Of a stretch of 64,000 nt of DNA, positions 26,376 through 35,762 are shown piece by piece. Made by a program: the position numbers and the translations under genes. This DNA comes from a virus. The notes beneath the pieces were generated by a model, which worked only from the letters and a program-made list of their open reading frames with translations, made no database searches and was not told where the DNA came from. The stretch covers positions 32,001 through 96,000 of the IMG/VR virus record IMGVR_UViG_3300002835_000030; one strand, written 5' to 3'. The stretch's first letter is position 1, and each line of letters begins with the position of its first letter.

Positions 26376-29231
26376 ATGGCATCAACAGACAGAATTTTTG
26401 TAAGTCCCGGAGTATTCACATCAGAAAAGGACTTAACATTCGTAACGAGACAAGTCGGTGTAACAACATTAGGATTGTTAGGGGAAGTCCCTAAAGGTCC
26501 TGCGTTTGAACCGGTATTTGTTTCTAACTATGGTGAATTTATAAGTTATTTTGGAGGACTTAATCCTGAAAAATTTAAGGGTAGTGGTTTTCACAAATAC
26601 GAATTAAATTATATCGCTAAATCATTTTTAACCCAAACCAACCAATTGTATGTAAGTAGAGTTTTAGGTTTATCTGGTTATGATGCGGGTAATGCGTGGT
26701 CAATCACATTGGATTCCGCTGAGGATCCTAATACGGTAGGTAGTGCATCTACAGTTACAGGTACGTTATTAACATATACCGCTAAAACAACAGGTAATCC
26801 AGTTACATTAAGTTGGAATAACGCTAACTTAGAGGCATTATATAATGACGGTCAATTTTCACTATCAACATTAGGATTATTAAATACTGGACAGACTATT
26901 TCAATATCTAACCCAATATATGTTAAAACAGGATGTGACTTTAGTGGGGCAACTTTCGATATGGAAGTTATTGCCACAGGAACTAGTGGTGGATTTGTAA
27001 CGGGTGTGACTAGTGGTACTGTAGTTAGTTATACCGCAACTTGTTTAACGGACATTGATGGTAGTGTTATTACAACATTGAGATCAAGAGGTGATTATGA
27101 CGCAAATGAAGAATTAGTATTTGATGTTACAGGTGCAACTGACGCAGTTATGAGTAACACATCGAGTATTAAATCTAACGCATTGGCGTCATTCACAATT
27201 AATGGTACTGCAAGTAATGGTAATACATTTAGTTATGATGTATCAATGGATAGAACTAAAAAGAATTTTTTACCTAGAGTATTTGGTAGTTCAACACAAG
27301 ATAAAGAAACAGAATTATGGGTTGAGGAAATCTATACAAACGTATTGGAGGACTTAATTGGAAAAAGTCAAGTTAGAGGTTTAGATGTAACTTTCAATAG
27401 TATTTCAGGAACGTCAACAAATAACTTATCAAACTATAAAGAACAATGGAAATCTGCTGTATCACCTTGGGTTCTTTCAGAATTAAAAGGTACTGGTACC
27501 GGCGCAACATTACAAAGACTTTTTAGATTTGTAACTATTTCTGATGGTAATGCGGCTAATCAAGATGTTAAATTCTCAATTGTCAATATACAACCTGATA
27601 ATAAAACATTTGATTTGTTAGTTAGAAATTTTAACGATACAGACGCCAACCCATCTGTAATCGAAAAATTCTCTTCGTTGAATTTAGATGTTAATACAAC
27701 AGGATTCATTGGGAGGAAAATAGGTACTAACGACGGGGAATACCCATTAAGAAGTAAGTACATAATGGTTGAGTTCTACGATAATGACATACAATCTTCA
27801 TATTTAGATGATCCTGATTTAGTTAATCACTTTCCTGCGGGATTTGAGGGTGTATTAAATAGAACTTACATTGGAACTAGAACTTCATTATCACCTAAGA
27901 TTGAATACAAAACAGAATATACAGATTTTAATACTTCTAAATTAAGAAAAACTTATTTAGGGTTAAATAGTGATATCGGAGTAGATCAAGACTTCTTCGA
28001 TTATAAAGGTAAAAACGCAGTTAACAACGGAGTATTCACAGGCAAAACTGATGGATTCCACTTAGATGTAAACGCAAATGGTGCGACAGTTGATTTAGGA
28101 AATAATAGTTATGTTCCTACACTACAAGTTGGTGTGTCAGCGTTCACATCAGACGCAGGATTAGTAGGTGGACCTTATGAGAAGTTAGCGTCAAGAAAAT
28201 TCACATTCACATCATTCGGTGGATGGGATGGATGGGATGAGTATAGAACTCAAAGAACTAATGGTGACTCTTATACTAAGACAGGAACCAAAGGTTCTAT
28301 AGGTTTAACAAACGGAACGTTCTCTACTTATGTAACATCTGAAGGTGATGATGGAATTACTTCTGACTACTACGCATACTTAGATGGTATTTACACTTTT
28401 AACAATCCTGAAGCGGTTAATATTAACGTATTCGCAACACCAGGTATTGATTTAAGAGACAATATCAGTTTGATTGAAAATGCGGTAGATATGGTAGAAG
28501 TTGATAGAGCGGATTCACTATATGTAATCACAACACCCGATACTGATGCAGATGGAATTGCGATAACTCCATCAGAAGCGGTAGACATTATAGAAGATTC
28601 GGGAATCGATTCTAATTATTCTGCCACATACTGGCCATGGTTACAGATGAATGATACTGAAAATAACAGATATGTATGGTTACCACCGACATTAGAAGTT
28701 ATGAGAAACATCGCCCTTACGGATAACGTAGCGTTCCCTTGGTTCGCAGCGGCAGGTTTAAATAGAGGAACTACAAACGCAATCAAAGCGAGAGTGAAAC
28801 TTAAATTAGATGAAAGAGATGACTTATACGAAGGTAGAATTAACCCAATGGCGACATTCTCAGACGTAGGAGTTGTAATATTTGGTAATAAAACTTTACA
28901 AGTTAAAGAAACCGCACTTAACAGAATCAATGTTAGAAGATTGTTGTTACAGGCGAGAAAACTTATTTCAGCGGTGTCAATCAGATTGTTATTCGAACAA
29001 AATGATGATGTTGTAAGAAATCAGTTTTTAAGTTTGGTTAACCCAATATTGGATAACATTAGAAAAGAGAGAGGTTTAACTGACTTTAGAGTTGTATTAG
29101 ATGACACACCAGAGTCTATTGATAGAAACGAACTTAATGGTAGAATCTTTATTAAACCAACAAGATCGTTAGAATTCATTTCAATTGAGTTCAACATCAC
29201 CAACACTGGAGCATCTTTCGATGATATTTAA
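26376..29231 (+). CDS. Contractile tail sheath protein (T4 gp18-like)
   Basis: FVSPGVFTSEKD, KGPAFEP, YSATYWPW, PWFAAAGLNRG, RINP, GNKTLQ..ALNRINVRRLL, IKPTRSLEFI. Confidence 0.96.
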   Translation: MASTDRIFVSPGVFTSEKDLTFVTRQVGVTTLGLLGEVPKGPAFEPVFVSNYGEFISYFGGLNPEKFKGSGFHKYELNYIAKSFLTQTNQLYVSRVLGLSGYDAGNAWSITLDSAEDPNTVGSASTVTGTLLTYTAKTTGNPVTLSWNNANLEALYNDGQFSLSTLGLLNTGQTISISNPIYVKTGCDFSGATFDMEVIATGTSGGFVTGVTSGTVVSYTATCLTDIDGSVITTLRSRGDYDANEELVFDVTGATDAVMSNTSSIKSNALASFTINGTASNGNTFSYDVSMDRTKKNFLPRVFGSSTQDKETELWVEEIYTNVLEDLIGKSQVRGLDVTFNSISGTSTNNLSNYKEQWKSAVSPWVLSELKGTGTGATLQRLFRFVTISDGNAANQDVKFSIVNIQPDNKTFDLLVRNFNDTDANPSVIEKFSSLNLDVNTTGFIGRKIGTNDGEYPLRSKYIMVEFYDNDIQSSYLDDPDLVNHFPAGFEGVLNRTYIGTRTSLSPKIEYKTEYTDFNTSKLRKTYLGLNSDIGVDQDFFDYKGKNAVNNGVFTGKTDGFHLDVNANGATVDLGNNSYVPTLQVGVSAFTSDAGLVGGPYEKLASRKFTFTSFGGWDGWDEYRTQRTNGDSYTKTGTKGSIGLTNGTFSTYVTSEGDDGITSDYYAYLDGIYTFNNPEAVNINVFATPGIDLRDNISLIENAVDMVEVDRADSLYVITTPDTDADGIAITPSEAVDIIEDSGIDSNYSATYWPWLQMNDTENNRYVWLPPTLEVMRNIALTDNVAFPWFAAAGLNRGTTNAIKARVKLKLDERDDLYEGRINPMATFSDVGVVIFGNKTLQVKETALNRINVRRLLLQARKLISAVSIRLLFEQNDDVVRNQFLSLVNPILDNIRKERGLTDFRVVLDDTPESIDRNELNGRIFIKPTRSLEFISIEFNITNTGASFDDI

Positions 29232-29242
29232 TAATAAATTAT

Positions 29243-29273
29243 AATAATGGGTGGGTAACCACCCATTATTTTT
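29243..29273 (+). terminator. Rho-independent terminator after the sheath gene
   Basis: AATAATGGGTGG-GTAA-CCACCCATTATT followed by TTT; GNRA loop. Confidence 0.8.
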
Positions 29274-29289
29274 AATAAAATAAAAAATC

Positions 29290-29787
29290 ATGAAAATTAA
29301 GAAAAATGGTAAGGTGATTACTTTAACAGAATCTGATTTAATCAGAATTGTTAAGAAATTAATGGTAGAACAAAATAATAATGGTTTAACGACATTGACT
29401 AAAATAGAGGATGATATAAAAACCAACCCTGAAAGTGTTAATAAAGGTTTATTATCTCCATCATCAGGGTTGATGATAACAAGTGATAATGGGTGGAAAG
29501 TTTATGAAAAAGGTAATATAAAAGGGATTACTCGAAGTTTTGTGGGGAAACATTCGGGTAGTCCCCTAAATTTAGGTGATGTTAATACATCCATTCAAAT
29601 ATCCTCACAAAACAATGGAACAATTAGTATATCAATTCAGATGAAGGGAAAGAGTAAAAATATTACTTTAGGAAATGAGGTTAAAACCCTTAACGAATTA
29701 AACAAATCAATTTTAGAGAAATTAAGTAGTGACGAAAAGCAAATGTTTGGGTTTGATACCCCAAAGTTGTCTAAAAACAGTAAATAA
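29290..29787 (+). CDS. Hypothetical protein with LTESDL.RIVK leader
   Basis: 165 aa; N-terminus shared with 29809..29994. Confidence 0.75.
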   Translation: MKIKKNGKVITLTESDLIRIVKKLMVEQNNNGLTTLTKIEDDIKTNPESVNKGLLSPSSGLMITSDNGWKVYEKGNIKGITRSFVGKHSGSPLNLGDVNTSIQISSQNNGTISISIQMKGKSKNITLGNEVKTLNELNKSILEKLSSDEKQMFGFDTPKLSKNSK

Positions 29788-29808
29788 AAAAATATAAAAT
29801 TAAAAATT

Positions 29809-29994
29809 ATGAAAATAAAGAAGGATGGAAAAGTGATTAATCTGACGGAATCAGATTTAAAAAGAATTGTAAAAGAACAAAGTAGTGAATCTTTAAAAAT
29901 GCAAGGTGTTGACGCAGATGATTCACATATGGAACGTATTACCGATTTAGAGTTTAGAGTTGGTAAAATAGAAAAAATGATGAAGGGGAAATAA
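29809..29994 (+). CDS. Small protein with LTESDL.RIVK leader and short coiled coil
   Basis: 61 aa; leader nearly identical to that of the 29290 ORF. Confidence 0.75.
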   Translation: MKIKKDGKVINLTESDLKRIVKEQSSESLKMQGVDADDSHMERITDLEFRVGKIEKMMKGK

Positions 29995-30026
29995 AAACGT
30001 TTCGAAAAAAATAATTTTAATATTCT

Positions 30027-30054
30027 AAACCTATCGAATTCGATAGGTTTTTTT
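30027..30054 (+). terminator. Rho-independent terminator
   Basis: AAACCTATCG-AATT-CGATAGGTTT followed by TTTT. Confidence 0.8.
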
Positions 30055-30078
30055 ATTTTATACGAATATTTATATTGT

Positions 30079-30903
30079 ATGAATATTAAACTTACAGAGT
30101 CACAATATAAACTATTAAAAGAGTTTAAGAAAAAAGCGTATTCTTTTGATTGGGATGATAACATATTGATTATGCCCACAATAATACATTTGGATTATAG
30201 AGTTGGTAATACGGACACATATGTACCGGTTTCAGTTTCCACAGAACAATTTAGAAATGTTAGACATAAATTAGGTAATGAGTTTAGATATCTTAATAAT
30301 GATATCACACAATCATTTAAAGATTTCAGAGATTATGACGCATTTATAGAAGACACAAAAAAGGCGTTATATCAAAATAAAATCGGACCTAGTTTTCAAA
30401 AATTTAAAGAGTCGTTAATAAGTGGTAGTGACTTTTCTATAATCACCGCCAGATCCAATCCACCACAGGCGATTAAAGAAGGTATTAAAGTAATTATAAA
30501 TAATGCGTTTAGTAATGTGGAAAGAGAAGAGATGGAAAAGAATCTTAATGGTTTATCTATAGATGAGTATTTAAATCTACAAGATTATCATCCTGTATCT
30601 TCATCAGAGTTCGCCAAACAATTCGGATTAGAAAGTGTGTCAACTAGTCCCGAAGAAGGAAAAAAGATTGCTTTTAAGAGTTTTGTAGATAGAGTGGTAC
30701 AACAAATATCGAATATAAAAGATGATGGAGAATTTGAGGGTATTAGTGTTGGATTTAGTGACGATGATTTAGAAAATGTAGAAGTAGTAGAAGATTTAAT
30801 TAGAGATGAATTACAAGTCTTGTATCCCGAAATTAATTTTATCGTATATGATACTTCAGACCCAAAAGACACAAAAAAGAAAAGGATTATTATAAAAAAA
30901 TAG
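30079..30903 (+). CDS. HAD-superfamily phosphatase-like protein with LTESQY leader
   Basis: FDWDDNI (DxD motif I), IITARS (II), K (III), FSDDD (IV). Confidence 0.7.
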   Translation: MNIKLTESQYKLLKEFKKKAYSFDWDDNILIMPTIIHLDYRVGNTDTYVPVSVSTEQFRNVRHKLGNEFRYLNNDITQSFKDFRDYDAFIEDTKKALYQNKIGPSFQKFKESLISGSDFSIITARSNPPQAIKEGIKVIINNAFSNVEREEMEKNLNGLSIDEYLNLQDYHPVSSSEFAKQFGLESVSTSPEEGKKIAFKSFVDRVVQQISNIKDDGEFEGISVGFSDDDLENVEVVEDLIRDELQVLYPEINFIVYDTSDPKDTKKKRIIIKK

Positions 30904-32497
30904 AATAAACCAAATTACCACAATCATATATTCTATTATAACCTCTTTCAAACATAATTTCTTGTTCAGTTTTATTGGAATCAAAACCTTCTGAAACTAA
31001 TATATCTTTTCTAAATTTATATCTATGTTCTCTTTTTTTGTTGACTACATAATGATAGTTTGGTTTAGATGTATTTTTATAAACAAAACCTAATTTATTA
31101 TATAGATTACCATCACTCCATCTTATATCTGCATAACTAGTAATATTCGTTGGGTTATTCTCTTTAATAAAATGTTTTAATAATTTAGACGGACCACCAA
31201 TAACAGAATGATTTATTTTATTACAAAAACGTAATAACTCCCATTCGTAGTTAGAACCATTCATAACATTACGTCCTTTACCAAATGTCATTATAGATAC
31301 AAGTTCATCATTATAATACAAACCATAATTTATTTTACTACCAACACTACCTTGTATATGATTGTCATTTAGGAATTTAGTTTTTATTTTGGTTGGTACT
31401 TTTTTAATAATACATTTTCTACCATATATCCTATTATCTGTCAATCCCAATAGATTTTTAATTCTACTTTTCACAATTTCTTTCTTATTGTCCCATTCGT
31501 CCTCAAATATGTGAATTAAACGTATCCCTTCTTTATTACATTCGTTTGTTTTATCGATATGATATATTTTGTCTTTGAATAAGTCACAATGATAATATAA
31601 ACCATTTAACTCAAAACCTATATTCTTCTCTTTAACTAATATATCAATTTCTTTTCCATTTAATATATCTCTATCACTTGTTGTCACATCAAAACCTAAA
31701 TCACTTATAAAATCAGATAACTCTTTCTCTTTGATTGATCTTAACTCACTCACAGGATTACATAGGGTACAACAATTTAAATTATTGTCAAAACGATAGA
31801 ATAATAAACTTCTGTCAATGTCATAGTTTTGATTACACTTATCACATTCTAATGTAACATAACTACCCCTATCATTTATTATTTTTAATGTCTTATACTT
31901 TTTATTGAATTTTTTTAGTTTCGATATGATATTACTTTCTCTATTATTTTCTAATAATAAATTAGTGGATACACCATATTTTCTAATATTAGTTTTTCTC
32001 TTTTTTTCTTTTATACTATCTAACTTATTTGGGTTGGTGACACCTAATTTATTTTTAGTTTTATCTATAATGTATTTAGAGTCTTTGAATATGTTATCTA
32101 CACCATATCTTTCTAAATTTGTCTCCCTAACTTTATCCTTAACTGTTTTAGTATTCATAGGATGTCCACCATATTTTTTAGTGAATGTATCCTTTATCTT
32201 TTCTCTCTGTTCCTTAGATTGGTTATTACATTTTACTGAACAATATACTCCATACCCCTCTTTTAAACTTTTTTTAAATTTTAATTCCTTACCACAATTC
32301 CCACATTCTGGTTGTTCTATTATATTATTGATAAATAAAAATATCTTTTCTTTGAAGGGTAAATCATTGTTTAATTTATTTTTTTCCACAAATAAATTAA
32401 TATTGTCGAAAATATCTTTATAATTTTTTTTAATAAAATCTTCTCTGGTTTTATTTCCCGATTTATTATCTGATAAAAAAAATTTTTTATAATCCAT
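30890..32497 (-). CDS. Hef-like free-standing endonuclease (Zn fingers, Vsr/PD-(D/E)xK-like domain, GNAT-like C-terminus)
   Basis: CGNC..YCSVKC, repeated T...[KR]YG, CDKC/CTLC, EIDI..GFELNGLYYH..IFEDEW, NHIQG..WELLRF..SYAD.RWS.G.LY..LGF. Confidence 0.75.
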   Translation of the reverse strand: MDYKKFFLSDNKSGNKTREDFIKKNYKDIFDNINLFVEKNKLNNDLPFKEKIFLFINNIIEQPECGNCGKELKFKKSLKEGYGVYCSVKCNNQSKEQREKIKDTFTKKYGGHPMNTKTVKDKVRETNLERYGVDNIFKDSKYIIDKTKNKLGVTNPNKLDSIKEKKRKTNIRKYGVSTNLLLENNRESNIISKLKKFNKKYKTLKIINDRGSYVTLECDKCNQNYDIDRSLLFYRFDNNLNCCTLCNPVSELRSIKEKELSDFISDLGFDVTTSDRDILNGKEIDILVKEKNIGFELNGLYYHCDLFKDKIYHIDKTNECNKEGIRLIHIFEDEWDNKKEIVKSRIKNLLGLTDNRIYGRKCIIKKVPTKIKTKFLNDNHIQGSVGSKINYGLYYNDELVSIMTFGKGRNVMNGSNYEWELLRFCNKINHSVIGGPSKLLKHFIKENNPTNITSYADIRWSDGNLYNKLGFVYKNTSKPNYHYVVNKKREHRYKFRKDILVSEGFDSNKTEQEIMFERGYNRIYDCGNLVYSIFL

Positions 32498-32581
32498 TTT
32501 TTTAGAAATTAAGATATTTATTAATAAAGGTAAGAAAAAAAAATGATACTTACAATAATAAATATTAAAAAACTATAAAAA

Positions 32582-33070
32582 ATGGCAGATTTATTAATGA
32601 GAATGCCTGTTCCTTACGAACCGTTAAGAAAGAATAGGTTTATTTTGAGATTCCCAGATGAATTGGGGATTCAAGAATGGTGGGTTTCTACAACATCTAG
32701 ACCTAAGTATACAAGTACGGAAGTAGAAATTCCTTTCTTAAATACATCTACCTATGTAATCGGTAGATTTCAATGGGAAACTATTTCAGTTACATTTAGA
32801 GATCCAATCGGACCTTCCGCAACACAGGCGTTGATGGAGTGGGTACGTTTACATTCTGAATCAGTAACGGGTAGACAAGGTTACGCTGCGGGGTATAAGA
32901 AAGACGTAGAATTAGAAATGTTAGACCCAACTGGTGTTGTTGTTCAGAAATGGATTTTACAAGGAACTCAATTGAATGACGCAGATTTCGGAGGTTTAGA
33001 TTATTCATCTTCAGATTTGGCGGATATTTCTTGCACGCTCCGGTTTGATAGGGCGATAAATGTATTTTGA
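32582..33070 (+). CDS. Tail tube protein (T4 gp19-like)
   Basis: YEPLRKNRF, GRFQWETISVTFRDPI, YKKDVELEMLDPTG.VV.KW.L.G, L.FDRA; downstream of the sheath gene. Confidence 0.9.
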   Translation: MADLLMRMPVPYEPLRKNRFILRFPDELGIQEWWVSTTSRPKYTSTEVEIPFLNTSTYVIGRFQWETISVTFRDPIGPSATQALMEWVRLHSESVTGRQGYAAGYKKDVELEMLDPTGVVVQKWILQGTQLNDADFGGLDYSSSDLADISCTLRFDRAINVF

Positions 33071-33095
33071 GATTCCTTCATCGAATATAAGACTT

Positions 33096-33135
33096 TCCCT
33101 TTTATGTATATATTTATATATAAAAGGGATTTTTT
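33096..33135 (+). terminator. Terminator hairpin with an ATATTTAT motif across its loop
   Basis: 15-bp stem (33096-33110 with 33115-33129), T6 tail, then ATG at 33136. Confidence 0.65.
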
Positions 33136-34011
33136 ATGCAATTTAAATGTGAAATATGTGATAAGGAATATGATACATTATGGAGTTTATCTTCTCATAA
33201 TGTTAAAAAACATAAAATTAAACCGCAAGAAACTTTTATTAAACATAATTTAGAAGGTAAAACACCTGAATGTAAATGTGGTTGTGGTGAGACACCAACA
33301 TTCTTAGGAATTCAAAAAGGGTTTAGAGATTATATTAGAGGTCACGCATCTAGAATTAACAATAATTGGGGGCATAATGTTGACGCACAGAAAAAATCTA
33401 AAGATACACAAAGAAAGTTATATGGGTCAGGTGAAATTATAATATGGAATAAAGGGTTAACCAAAGAAGATGACGAAAGGTTAGATTATGGGGATAAGAT
33501 AAGTTCTAATTTAGAAAGGAATGAAAAAATTTCAAAGTCACTTAAGGGTAGAAAACGTCCACAGTATGTTTTAGATAAACTTAATGAAGGTATGAGAGAA
33601 TACTGGAGTAAGGAAGAGAACAAAGAAAAACAAAGTATTTTACAATCCAAAAGAGTAAAAAATAACCATCACAAAAATAAAACTTTATTAGAAAATTATT
33701 TTGAGTCTATACTAATAAAATTAAAGTTAAAATATATATCTCAATATACAATATGTGGTTATAATTTTGATTTTTATTTACCTAAATATGACTTAGTTAT
33801 TGAGGTTGACGGTGATTTTTTTCACTGTAACCCAAAAAAATATCCAGAAGGTCCTATATATGAATCACAAACTAATACAATAAATAATGATAAAATAAAA
33901 AATAATATCTGTGATAAAAGTAATGGTATAAGATTACTAAGGTTTTGGGAAGACGACATCAACAATAATATTGAGTGGGTGATTGATGAGATTAAAAAAC
34001 ATATAATTTAA
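33136..34011 (+). CDS. Free-standing endonuclease (C2H2 finger, CxCGC, NUMOD3-like, DUF559/Vsr-like)
   Basis: CEIC...H....H, CKCGCG, WNKGLT, KISKSLKGRK, FDFY...VIEVDGDFFH...LLRFWE. Confidence 0.8.
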   Translation: MQFKCEICDKEYDTLWSLSSHNVKKHKIKPQETFIKHNLEGKTPECKCGCGETPTFLGIQKGFRDYIRGHASRINNNWGHNVDAQKKSKDTQRKLYGSGEIIIWNKGLTKEDDERLDYGDKISSNLERNEKISKSLKGRKRPQYVLDKLNEGMREYWSKEENKEKQSILQSKRVKNNHHKNKTLLENYFESILIKLKLKYISQYTICGYNFDFYLPKYDLVIEVDGDFFHCNPKKYPEGPIYESQTNTINNDKIKNNICDKSNGIRLLRFWEDDINNNIEWVIDEIKKHII

Positions 34012-34079
34012 AATTTTTTTTCACATAACCTTTTTATCCTAACAAATAATCCGTATATTTATAAAAAAAATATAAGTAT

Positions 34080-35660
34080 ATGGATTTTTCTTTTTTCACC
34101 ACTGACAATAAATCTGGTTATAAGACTAACGAAAAGTGGTTTTCAAAAAATTATGTGGGTGAATATGATAATATTATAAATTATTGTTCTCCGTATGAAT
34201 TATCAACCTTTAAAGAAAAGATATGGTTTTATTATCATAAACTATTAGAAGTCCCAAATTGTAGTTGTGGAAAAAAAACTAAATTCAGTAATAGGTTAGA
34301 TAGGGGTTATAATGAATTTTGTTCACTTTCTTGTTTCAACAGTAATAACAGTGAAATGGTGAAAAGGATAAAAGATACGAATCAAAAAAAATATGGTGTA
34401 GATTACTATACACAAACTGAAGATTTCATAAAAAAACAAAAAAATACAAAAAAGGAAAAATACGGTGATGAAAACTACAATAATAAAGAAAAAATGTTGT
34501 CAACTAAATCATCTAAGTATGGAAATATAGGTTATAATAATTTTGATAAATATAAACAAACTTGTATGAATCTTTATGGTGTTGACAATTATTCGAAATC
34601 AGAAGAATTTAGACAAAAACTTAAAGAAAAAATAAATGAGAGGTATGAAGAATTAAACATTATTAATATTTCAAATGACTTAACATCTTTATCGATTATT
34701 TGTGATAAATGTGATGAAACATACGAAATTACACAAAATTTACTAAGGGAACGAAAAAAACATAACTATGAGTTATGTACAAACTGTAACCCAATAGGTA
34801 TGTCATCATCCTCTTCATATGAAAACGAATTATATGAAATTTTAACCCATTGGGGAGTTGGGGTGGAAAGACATAAAAAAATAAAAGGTGATAATAGAGA
34901 AATAGATTTGTTTATACCGAGTCACAACATAGGTATAGAAATTAATGGGTTATATTGGTACAATGAACTTTTTATTAATAAAGATTATCATTTTGAAAAA
35001 ACAAAATTATGTAGAGATAATGGTATTGATTTAATTCACGTTTTTGAGGATGAGTGGTTATGGAAAAAAGATATTGTATTATCTGTATTAAAAAATAGAC
35101 TTAATAACATAAATAAAAAAATTTATGGTAGGAAGTGTGATATTGTTGAGATTAGTTCCTCTATTAGTAAAACATTTTTAGATGAAAATCATCTTCAGGG
35201 TAACGTAAATACAACATTAAAATTTGGGTTATTACATAATGATGAATTGGTGTCAGTAATGACATTTGGGAAACGTAATGGTATAGGTAATGGTGAGGAA
35301 TGGGAATTAATAAGATTTTCCAATAAAATAAATTATAATGTGATAGGTGGGGGATCAAAATTATTTAAGTATTTCTTAAAAAAAATTAACCCTAAAATAG
35401 TAAAATCGTATTCCGATAATAGATGGTTTAGTGGGGGATTATATGAAAATTTAGGTTTTAAATATATACACGAAACAAAACCTAATTACTGGTATGTGAA
35501 AAATGATATGAGATATCATAGACTAAACTTCAAAAAAAATCGGTTGGTTGGTGAAGGTTTTGATAAAAATAAAACTGAAAAACAAATTATGTTCGATAGA
35601 AAAATATATAGGGTGTACGATTGTGGTAATAAACTATGGTTGTACGAACATATCATATAA
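34080..35660 (+). CDS. Hef-like free-standing endonuclease, paralog of 30890..32497
   Basis: Same architecture; shared N-terminal FF..DNKSG.KT.E and C-terminal YDCGN. Confidence 0.75.
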   Translation: MDFSFFTTDNKSGYKTNEKWFSKNYVGEYDNIINYCSPYELSTFKEKIWFYYHKLLEVPNCSCGKKTKFSNRLDRGYNEFCSLSCFNSNNSEMVKRIKDTNQKKYGVDYYTQTEDFIKKQKNTKKEKYGDENYNNKEKMLSTKSSKYGNIGYNNFDKYKQTCMNLYGVDNYSKSEEFRQKLKEKINERYEELNIINISNDLTSLSIICDKCDETYEITQNLLRERKKHNYELCTNCNPIGMSSSSSYENELYEILTHWGVGVERHKKIKGDNREIDLFIPSHNIGIEINGLYWYNELFINKDYHFEKTKLCRDNGIDLIHVFEDEWLWKKDIVLSVLKNRLNNINKKIYGRKCDIVEISSSISKTFLDENHLQGNVNTTLKFGLLHNDELVSVMTFGKRNGIGNGEEWELIRFSNKINYNVIGGGSKLFKYFLKKINPKIVKSYSDNRWFSGGLYENLGFKYIHETKPNYWYVKNDMRYHRLNFKKNRLVGEGFDKNKTEKQIMFDRKIYRVYDCGNKLWLYEHII

Positions 35661-35678
35661 AAATTATTTAATTTCATA

Positions 35679-35714
35679 AAAAAATCCTTATCATTAGTTT
35701 GGTCGGGATTTTTT
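35679..35714 (+). terminator. Probable terminator
   Basis: AAAAAATCC...GGATTTTTT inverted repeat after the endonuclease gene. Confidence 0.5.
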
Positions 35715-35762
35715 GTTATTTGAGTATATTTATTAGTATATAATAGTATTTAAAAAGATGGT

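Noticed and set aside
9037-29231. Apparent scarcity of AGCT and GCT codons in core genes (restriction-site avoidance)
   Set aside because: AGCT occurs in several genes (fibres, SSB, nrdB) and the effect cannot be quantified without k-mer counts
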